This document shows, piece by piece, positions 10,285 to 17,256 of a stretch of DNA of 32,000 bases (positions within the stretch are counted from its first letter, which is position 1; each line of letters opens with the position of its first letter). The notes beneath the pieces were generated by a model. That model was given only the letters and a program-made list of their open reading frames with translations. It made no database searches and was not told the origin of the DNA. The stretch comes from Pyrobaculum aerophilum str. IM2. Its GTDB lineage: Archaea > Thermoproteota > Thermoprotei > Thermoproteales > Thermoproteaceae. The stretch lies in the NCBI RefSeq assembly GCF_000007225.1, contig NC_003364.1, forward strand, positions 1,890,001 through 1,922,000, in the 5' to 3' direction. The position numbers and the translations under genes were made by a program.

Positions 10285-10587
10285 CTTAAGGCTGGAGATT
10301 GCTGGGGCTAGTTGGCTTTAAGCGGTGGGGCCTCGTCGCAATACTATCATGCAAGCGCTTAAGTTTTAAAACCGCCGCTGAGGCGTAGGCGGCACGGGGC
10401 CCTCAGAAGAGGCGCTGGCGCCGAGTTGCGGGGGATTAGGACGGGGCGTATATACATTATATACCGCCTTATGGCCCCACATAGGCGCCGTGTGGAATCG
10501 CGGCGTGAGTATTGCGCCTGTGGGGGCGTTCGGCGCCGCCGGGCGCGAGGGCGTTGAGTTTAATAACCTGGCATATATTATGTACGA

Positions 10588-11244
10588 GTGCAGAGGCTGA
10601 GGAAAGTCTTCTCAAGCGGCTTGGACGAGTTAAAAGAGCGTATTGACAGCCACTTGCGCCTGTCCCAAGACTCTTTGCGAATACTGCAAGAGACAATCGC
10701 CAGCCGCAATCTGGACAAATCCGCAGTGGACGAGGCCGTGAGGAAAATCACCGCCCTTGAGAGAGAAGGCGACGAGATTGTGAGAGACGTTGTGGACAGA
10801 GTCGCCCAGGGGGCCGTGGTGCCCACTGTCACAAACGTCGTGTTAGTGTTGCTGGACAACGTGGACAACATCCTCGACATGATTTACTTCGCCGCGAAAG
10901 AGATCAGGAGGGGCCGCCACTTGTGGACAAACGACGCGATATACTCTATAGTGTCGGCTGAGTTGAAGGAAATGTTAGACCTCGTCAGGACAATGCTTGA
11001 GTATCTGCAGACTATGATAAAAACAAACAAGGCTGAGGACTTGCGGCGCTACGCGAGGATTATAAGCTCTCTGGAGGAGGAAATAGACGAGATTAAGGAG
11101 AATATTTTGGACAAGGTCTACGCCCTGTCTCTAAACGCCGTGGAGTTCAACCACATTGTGTCGCTGATTTACACGGCGGATAAAATCGCGGACAATATAC
11201 AAGACGCCGCGTACCACTTGGCCACCGTGGTGACTTCAGTCTAA
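10588..11244 (+). CDS. DUF47 / PhoU-like putative phosphate-transport regulator
   Basis: 218-aa all-helical protein with the size and repeat architecture of the DUF47 (TIGR00153-like) family. It contains the pair (A)LEREGDEIVRDV... and ...LEEEIDEIKENI.... Its stop overlaps the start of a membrane-protein gene (TAATG at 11242-11246), which is the usual DUF47-PiT pairing. Confidence 0.65.
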   Translation: MQRLRKVFSSGLDELKERIDSHLRLSQDSLRILQETIASRNLDKSAVDEAVRKITALEREGDEIVRDVVDRVAQGAVVPTVTNVVLVLLDNVDNILDMIYFAAKEIRRGRHLWTNDAIYSIVSAELKEMLDLVRTMLEYLQTMIKTNKAEDLRRYARIISSLEEEIDEIKENILDKVYALSLNAVEFNHIVSLIYTADKIADNIQDAAYHLATVVTSV

Positions 11245-12008
11245 TGGAGCTCTACGGCCTTATCCTCGCCGCGTTGCTGATATACAACAACTCGCTGGTG
11301 TTGCTGGGGCCCACGGCGTGGGGGGCGGGCATCGGCGCGAGAAAGGCCTTTGTAATAGCGGCGGCTGCCCAGCTGTTAGGAGTCTTGACGAGCACAATGG
11401 CGCAACTCCCCATAAGCCTGCCCGAGTTTTTATACATCGGGGCCCTCTACTTACTCCTATCGCTGGTCAAAATAAGCCTCCCGATATCAGTAATCGGCTA
11501 CAGCATACACGCCCCCAGGCCGGAGGCAGTGGCGCTGTGGCTCCTGTCCCCGCTTGTATCCGTAGCGACTGTGGCCTTGTGCAAAACGCTGAAAAGGGGA
11601 AGGCCGCTGGCGGCCCTCTCCCTCTTTCTAGTGATGTACTTATTCGGCTTTAACAACGTGGCCTTGTTCACCCGCGACGCGGCGCTGGCCGCAGCCGCAG
11701 TAGTCGCGGGGACTTACTTCGGCCTGGGCTTCTCCCGCTGGGTAATTGACATAGCCGCGCTGAGGCCGAAAACCGCGGCCGCGGTAAACCTCACGGTGGC
11801 CCTCGGCGCGCTTGCCGGCATACTGCTCTCAGTGCCCATATCCTTCACCCTCGTGGCCTACTCCTCAATACTCGCCGCCTCTTACAGCCAGGGGATGAGG
11901 ATAATAAGAGTGGAGAAATTCGCAAAGGCCTATTTGGCGACTCTACTCGCGCTGGCCGCCGCCCTTATATTTCCCTATCTAAAATCACTACTTGCACCTC
12001 GGGCCTGA
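11244..12008 (+). CDS. polytopic membrane protein, possibly a short divergent PiT-like permease
   Basis: The 254-aa protein is hydrophobic throughout. GAGIGARKAFVIAAAAQLLGVL resembles the region after the PiT GANDVAN motif, but the ND signature itself is absent. The gene is coupled to the DUF47 gene. Confidence 0.5.
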   Translation: MELYGLILAALLIYNNSLVLLGPTAWGAGIGARKAFVIAAAAQLLGVLTSTMAQLPISLPEFLYIGALYLLLSLVKISLPISVIGYSIHAPRPEAVALWLLSPLVSVATVALCKTLKRGRPLAALSLFLVMYLFGFNNVALFTRDAALAAAAVVAGTYFGLGFSRWVIDIAALRPKTAAAVNLTVALGALAGILLSVPISFTLVAYSSILAASYSQGMRIIRVEKFAKAYLATLLALAAALIFPYLKSLLAPRA

Positions 12009-12636
12009 CAAGCCTCTTGAACTCCTCCGCCTCTCTCCTCGACGCGACTATAGAGCCGTAGTGCATTGGAATTGCCACTTTGGGCATTACGGCGTTGACA
12101 AACTCGGCGGCCTCTTGCGGAGTCATTACGTAAACCCCCGAGACCGGCACTAACACGACGTCAGCCCTCACTTCTCTAAACTCGGGGACGAAGTCGCTGT
12201 CCCCCGCGTGGAATATCCTAACCCCGCCCCACTCTATTAAATACGCCACCCTCCCGTCCTCCTTGGGGTGGAACACCACGCCGCGGGCCGGGTCTCTGAA
12301 TTTGTTTATATTATAAGCGGGGAACGCCCTGATTTTTAACGGGCCCACCTCCCTCTCCTCCCCCGGGGAGATCTCCGCCACGTTGCGGGCGGCCTTGAGG
12401 GCGCACTGCCTGGCCACTCTAGGCGCCACGACTACAGTAGAGGGCTTTAAAATCCGCTGAATAGAGGGGGGATCGCAGTGGTCAAAATGCTCGTGAGTAA
12501 TAAGGATCGCGTCGGCCTTCGGGTCCCCCACTTGTAACTGATAGGGGTCTATGTACAGCACGAAGCCGCCCCCCGTAATTCTAAACGAGTCGTGCCCGAG
12601 CCAAGATATGAGGAGCTCCCCGTATGAAAAAGGCAT
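11965..12636 (-). CDS. metallo-beta-lactamase-fold metal-dependent hydrolase (UPF0173-like)
   Basis: ISWLGHDSFRI...ILITHEHFDHCD (HxHxDH motif), later HAGDS and a C-terminal IPMHYG. The size is 223 aa. Confidence 0.85.
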   Translation of the reverse strand: MPFSYGELLISWLGHDSFRITGGGFVLYIDPYQLQVGDPKADAILITHEHFDHCDPPSIQRILKPSTVVVAPRVARQCALKAARNVAEISPGEEREVGPLKIRAFPAYNINKFRDPARGVVFHPKEDGRVAYLIEWGGVRIFHAGDSDFVPEFREVRADVVLVPVSGVYVMTPQEAAEFVNAVMPKVAIPMHYGSIVASRREAEEFKRLVRPEVQVVILDREI

Positions 12637-12667
12637 AAGAGGAAAAAAAGGTGGGGGAATTTATTTG

Positions 12668-12841
12668 TTATTTCTTCTTGCCTAACAGTCTGTATACTTT
12701 TATGCCGGTGTACGGCGATTTGGCCACGGCGAACATCATCGGACCGCGGGCAGTCTGCTTCTCAATAACCTCGTACTGGTCAGTCTCAAACGCCTGCTTC
12801 GCCTTTATGTCGTAGAACTTTAGTTTCTGCTTCTTGGACAT
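12668..12841 (-). CDS. small basic protein (57 aa), probable CC1-type crenarchaeal chromatin/DNA-binding protein. Not in the supplied ORF track (below its length cut-off).
   Basis: Hand translation: MSKKQKLKFYDIKAKQAFETDQYEVIEKQTARGPMMFAVAKSPYTGIKVYRLLGKKK*. A strong promoter CTTTATAAATAAG ends about 20 nt upstream of the ATG (complement of 12839-12841). The size, basicity and lineage fit CC1, which I recall as a roughly 6-kDa Thermoproteus/Pyrobaculum protein. Confidence 0.7.
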   Translation of the reverse strand: MSKKQKLKFYDIKAKQAFETDQYEVIEKQTARGPMMFAVAKSPYTGIKVYRLLGKKK

Positions 12842-13035
12842 GACTCCGTGAAACGCCCACTTATTTATAAAGAACGGTTAAAATAACTGGAGGAAAACAT
12901 ATAAATAGGGGCGTGGGCGTTAATATGGACTACGGGCTACTGGCGCTTCTATATATAGCCGCCCTGGCCGCCTCTATACACTTCGTGCCGCGCACGGCGG
13001 GCGCCCGCAGGTAGAAATACGCCTTCTACGGCTCC

Positions 13036-13951
13036 ATGGCGTTAATACTGGCGGCTATAGTCGCCGTTGCCTACGCGGTGCTGGCCCCGCTCCTCTTCCC
13101 GGCGGTAGTGCTGACCCAAGCGGCGCTGGGCATTAAAGACTACATAACGGCCTTCGCAGTGCTCGCGGCGGTGTCAGCCGCGGCTATGTACATAATCTCG
13201 CCCTACATTATAAACGCCGTATTCGGCCCCAGGCCCGACCCAGGGCTCCAGCAACTAGTAGACGCAGTGGCCGCCAAGCTGGGCGGGAGGGTCAAGGCCA
13301 GGGCGGTGGTGGTGGAGGGCCCCCCCAAACGCCTTCGCCTACGGCAACTTCCTAACGGGGAAGTACGTGGCGGTGACCACGGGCTTGTTAAACACGGCGA
13401 GCCGCGACGAGCTGGAGGCCGTCATAGGCCACGAGCTGGGACACCACATAAATAAAGACATGCCCATTATGACGGCCCTAGGCATACTGCCCTCCATCGC
13501 CTTCTTCACAGGCGTAGCGGCAATACACCTAGGCCTGGCCGACAGAGAGAGGCCCTCAATACTCGCCATAGCCTACGGCGTAGTTATGATCGTCGTCTCT
13601 TTCATTGTACAACTGCTAGTGCTCTCCTTCAGCAGGCTGAGAGAATACTACGCGGACATGCACGGGGCCAGGGCCGCGGGAAAAGACGCCATGATGCGCG
13701 CCCTAGCCAAAATACACAAATACTACGCCCAAAACCCGGAGGCCCTCGCGACCTCGCCGAAGATCTCCGGCTTTAAAGCCCTTTTCATATACGCCCTAAT
13801 AAACGCCGCGGCCAACCCCCTAATTGACATCACGCCCGAGGAGGTGAGGCAGCTGATGAGGCTACAAACCAGCTGGCTCGACGAAATCCTCTCATCGCAC
13901 CCGCCGATACCAAAGAGGCTCAAAGTGCTCTCAGCCCTGGCAGCCCCCTAA
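13036..13951 (+). pseudogene. htpX: HtpX-like M48 zinc metalloprotease split by a 1-nt frameshift in a C7 tract (13320-13326)
   Basis: Frame A (13036-13455) reads ...VVVEGPP|KRLRL. Frame B (open back to about 13328) reads NAFAYGNFLTGKYVAVTTGLLNTASRDELEAVIGHELGHHINKD. Removing one C restores EGPPNAFAYG, the conserved PNAFA motif upstream of HELGH. Confidence 0.85.
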
Positions 13952-14040
13952 ACCAACCCCCTTTTTCCTCCCTCCCCCGGCGGTGCGGAAAAATTTAAAA
14001 AGATACTGATACAAGCTTACGGCAGGCCGCCGCCGCGTTG

Positions 14041-14116
14041 GCGGCGGTAGTCTAGCCTGGTTTAGGATGGCGGCCTGCCAAGCCGTTGATCCCGGGTTCA
14101 AATCCCGGCCGCCGCA
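14041..14116 (+). tRNA. tRNA-Gly (anticodon GCC), no intron, CCA encoded at 14117-14119
   Basis: Hand-folded cloverleaf. Acceptor stem GCGGCGG/CCGCCGC; D stem GTCT/GGAT; anticodon stem GCGGC/GCCGT with loop CTGCCAA; 5-nt variable loop; T arm CCGGG-TTCAAAT-CCCGG; discriminator A. TTTAAAAA lies about 40 nt upstream and a T5 run is at 14122-14126. Confidence 0.93.
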
Positions 14117-14251
14117 CCACGTTTTTCTCCCTCAAAAAACTAGCACTTGCGTTCGCGTCTCTTCACGGACGAAAACGCAACTCTTCCCCAGAATTTCAAA
14201 AACACTCTTTAGGCGGCGCTAAAGCTGAAATACTCGTATTGTCTTAGCGGC

Positions 14252-15253
14252 GTGGGAGTTGAGATCTGCCGCTCTCTCCTTGAGTGCTTGGGCGCGCTGG
14301 GGCGCTCGCAGAGGCTTTACGCGGCGGCTGGCCTTGTGGACGAGGAGGGCCTTGAGGCGGCGTCAAGGGCGGCGGGGGAGCTGAGGGTTTTAGTCGGCGA
14401 CTCGGGACCTGTGCCCAGACCTGTGTACGAGAGGTGGAGAGAGGTGGTGCGCGTCTACCCAAGCCTCCACGCTAAGTTCTACATCTTTGCAGAGGACGCA
14501 GGCCCCTCAGCCGCCTTAGTGGGAAGCGCCGACCTGACAGCCGGCGGGCTTAGGGGGAATTTAGAGGCGGTAGTCTTAATCAGGGGGGAGGCCGCCCGCC
14601 CCCTCGCTGACATGTTTAACAGGCTGTGGGCCAGGGCGCTCCCGCTGACCGAGGACTACGTGGCCGACTGGGAGGGCCCGGAGGAGGCGCTCCGGAAGCC
14701 TTGGGGGGAGGCCGTTAAGCGAGCCAACGAGAGGCTGGCAGAGATCCTCGGCGTGAGCGCGCACTGCCTCTCCCGGCACGACCCGCTGAACTGCGCCAGG
14801 CTGGTTGCCAGGGCTGTCCGCTCCCGGTTTGAGGGTTGCGGGGATCTGCCTGAGAACTGCGCCGCGAGGGCGACCGGCGTTAGCGCCAAGGCCCTCCTCT
14901 CTGCGCCGCCCTCAGCGGTGCTGGCGGGGCACTACGTCTGCTGGGCCAGGGCGCTGGCCGCCAGGTTACTAGAGGGCAAAGTAGGGCGCTTGGACAGCGG
15001 AATGGAGGCGTACGAGGCCGCTGTGCAGGCTGGTGCCGAGAGTTGCTGGGGAGAGGCAAAGAGGGCGGCGGAGGAGGAGCTGGAGAGGCTGGAAGACAGC
15101 AACTACAGAGACAACTACGTGAGGTGGCCAATACCCTACAGGCTTCTCTTCCTAGCGATGACTCTGCCTGCTACGGGTTGCCGCATATTGGGCAGAGAAG
15201 TGAGGACAAAGAAGAGGGGTGTAGCCAGAGTGGAAAGGGAGCTCTACTGCTGA
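14252..15253 (+). CDS. PLD-superfamily (single HKD motif) nuclease-like protein with an Ala/Arg-rich C-terminal extension
   Basis: HKD-type motif LHAKFYIFAEDAGPSAALVGSADLTAGGLRGNLE (14468-14566), i.e. HxK...GSxD/N-LT...N-E as in PLDc_2/Nuc-like nucleases. The gene is very GC-rich and has a GTG start. Its 3' end overlaps the convergent 670-aa gene by 10 nt. Confidence 0.7.
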   Translation: MGVEICRSLLECLGALGRSQRLYAAAGLVDEEGLEAASRAAGELRVLVGDSGPVPRPVYERWREVVRVYPSLHAKFYIFAEDAGPSAALVGSADLTAGGLRGNLEAVVLIRGEAARPLADMFNRLWARALPLTEDYVADWEGPEEALRKPWGEAVKRANERLAEILGVSAHCLSRHDPLNCARLVARAVRSRFEGCGDLPENCAARATGVSAKALLSAPPSAVLAGHYVCWARALAARLLEGKVGRLDSGMEAYEAAVQAGAESCWGEAKRAAEEELERLEDSNYRDNYVRWPIPYRLLFLAMTLPATGCRILGREVRTKKRGVARVERELYC

Positions 15254-17256
15254 GGCGCTTGAGGACACAGCATTCTTAAAAACATAATAGCCATTCTCTT
15301 GGACACTTTCATCTCTTCGTGAAGCGGCGGATAAACGCAGAGATTTCTCTGCATTAATACACGCCGCTGACACCCATCACTACAGCTGGGAATGTGGCGA
15401 GGCCACACGTACTGCAGAATTTTGCTACTGCTCTGTCCTGCACTCGCGCCAATGCCTCTAATTATGTCGCGTAACATAAACCTGAATATATCCCTCGGCG
15501 GAGTTACTTCCTGCGGTCTGCGTTTGAGTTCTTGGTCCAGGCTTGAGGCGAGCTGGTCTTGCGCGGCTATAACGCGGTACATCCTCTCTACGCGCCTACT
15601 CTCCTCCTCCCACGCGCGCTTGCATGCGTCCCTGGGCGAGCCGCAACCGCCGATGTCCTGCAGTAGTTTGCCCAGCACACTTGACAGATCCTGACAGTTC
15701 ATCATACTAGTCCCTTTTAAGTCGTATACTGTGATCTCTACTTCAGCCACACTGTTTAAACTGGTATTGACCTCTATATTAAACAATCCGTCTATGTTGA
15801 GGGGCTCGTAGCTCTCCCACCCGAACATGGCGCAGTTAAGCATAGGTAGCTTGCGCGGATTCAGCTTCACAGCGATCCTTTCGCTGAACTCATCCCGGCC
15901 GAGACCTGCTGACTTGCCTAGCAAGTGCGCAACGCCGTGTGAGCCGAGAAGAATTGCAGAGAAGGCGAGCGTGTCATAAAGGGTCAGCGCGGCGAAGAGC
16001 TCTTTGCTTCGCGATTCTATTAATCTGCACTCAAGTCTGCCCGTATACTGAAATCGCGTCATTAAACAGCTTCTAAAGTCGTTCGGCGTCTGCGAGTTCT
16101 CTATACAGTCTGTAAAATAATCTATCCACCGCTGGCGCTCCTGGCTTATACTAAGATCTCTGCACTTATATTTTACTACCGCATTTTGCCACCTCTTTAA
16201 CAGACTTCTGAGCCCTCCAGAGCCGCTGTAATTAGCACCACTTCCGTATATCTCGCTGTATATGCCTAAAATTCTGCTGATAATGGGGGTTGTGATTACA
16301 ATTTCTCTTCCAAATATAGATGCGCTGATTTCCCTCTCGGTTACCCAGCGTCCGCAACCAAAGGCCCTAAAAACACTTCCAGCAACGACGTTTTGCAACA
16401 GCAACTTCACGGCAACTTTCTTATCGCTGTCTAGCAGTACGCTCCGTACATTACTGTATAGGAGGTCGTCAGAGATGTTCAGCTTGATTCTATAATACTT
16501 TGCGCTTGGGTGCAGTGTTCTGGGACTTGAGCTACCGACAATGTCGTAATGCACTACCACCGGCAGATAAGCGGCTCTATCTTTTGTCCTCAGCGAAATA
16601 AGCGATCCCATATAGATAGCCTCAACAACGGCTTCTCCTAACTCCAGCGTGCCGCCCAAACACTGAGAACGGCTGAAGGAAGAAACCTCGTCAACAAAGG
16701 CTTTGCCAAACACATTCAGCTTCTCAACTGCATCAACCGTCGCCGTAAAGCTCCAAGATGCGTGTCTTCCCGATATGGTTAGCTGAAATCTTTCACTCCT
16801 ACCTTTTGCAAGCGGAATGTTTCTTGTTATTGCAACAATCCACGGTTCTCCCCGCCTTCCAAAATTCTTAACTACGGCGTATGTCTGACTCTCTGACTGT
16901 CTCTCGCTACAAGAGGTTAAGAACAGCACGGCGTAACTGAGCCACCCAGCTTCGCCGTTGCGGTATACATAATATCCGCATATGTCGAAATTACGGCGCC
17001 CTGTACTGCTTCTGCAAAGCCCGCACAGCCTGTCTGCAAGATAGTCAATATCAAAAGACACGGTATATGTAAACTCGGCAACAGGAGACTGATCAACTGC
17101 AACAGCTGATCCTCCTTGTTGCGCGGGTGTTAATTCTCTTATTTCCGCTTGTCTTAAGACTGTTAGGATGAGTACGTTTACGTTGTCTTGTCTGGTGATG
17201 CTTCCGCCGACAAGGTAGAACCTGTTGCCCCCGTAAGCCGGCAAGTATATTTTCAT
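15244..17256 (-). CDS. 670-aa Cys-rich protein, partner of the nuclease-helicase. The C-terminal half resembles DUF1998 (MrfA/DrmB-type Zn-binding domain).
   Basis: Its ATG overlaps the stop of the upstream 1287-aa gene (ATGA, 17253-17256). These elements occur in the order I recall for DUF1998: SHGVAHLLGKSAGLGRDEF, then ITVYDLKG, then GGCGSPRDAC, then CSDGCQRRVLMQRNLC...LHEEMKVSKRMAIMFL. This has not been verified by an HMM. Confidence 0.8.
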   Translation of the reverse strand: MKIYLPAYGGNRFYLVGGSITRQDNVNVLILTVLRQAEIRELTPAQQGGSAVAVDQSPVAEFTYTVSFDIDYLADRLCGLCRSSTGRRNFDICGYYVYRNGEAGWLSYAVLFLTSCSERQSESQTYAVVKNFGRRGEPWIVAITRNIPLAKGRSERFQLTISGRHASWSFTATVDAVEKLNVFGKAFVDEVSSFSRSQCLGGTLELGEAVVEAIYMGSLISLRTKDRAAYLPVVVHYDIVGSSSPRTLHPSAKYYRIKLNISDDLLYSNVRSVLLDSDKKVAVKLLLQNVVAGSVFRAFGCGRWVTEREISASIFGREIVITTPIISRILGIYSEIYGSGANYSGSGGLRSLLKRWQNAVVKYKCRDLSISQERQRWIDYFTDCIENSQTPNDFRSCLMTRFQYTGRLECRLIESRSKELFAALTLYDTLAFSAILLGSHGVAHLLGKSAGLGRDEFSERIAVKLNPRKLPMLNCAMFGWESYEPLNIDGLFNIEVNTSLNSVAEVEITVYDLKGTSMMNCQDLSSVLGKLLQDIGGCGSPRDACKRAWEEESRRVERMYRVIAAQDQLASSLDQELKRRPQEVTPPRDIFRFMLRDIIRGIGASAGQSSSKILQYVWPRHIPSCSDGCQRRVLMQRNLCVYPPLHEEMKVSKRMAIMFLRMLCPQAPQQ

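Noticed and set aside
10469-10880. Minus-strand ORFs 10469-10696 and 10578-10880
   Set aside because: They are antisense to the DUF47 gene and the upstream structured region. They are Ser/Thr/Leu-rich with no supporting signals.
14021-14047. The tRNA-Gly 5' leader GGCCGCCGCCGCG repeats the acceptor 3' strand and is complementary to the tRNA 5' end; considered as a possible att duplication
   Set aside because: Only about 9 nt are involved, the composition is trivially GC-rich, and the position (5' of the tRNA) is not the one expected for an integration-generated repeat.
14244-15373. Minus-strand and alternative-frame ORFs 14244-14462, 14576-14779, 14656-14889, 14880-15131, 15043-15279 and 15152-15373
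   Set aside because: These are Pro/Arg/Ala-rich shadow ORFs, typical of very GC-rich coding DNA. They overlap the PLD gene, which has a real HKD motif, or the 3' end of the 670-aa gene.
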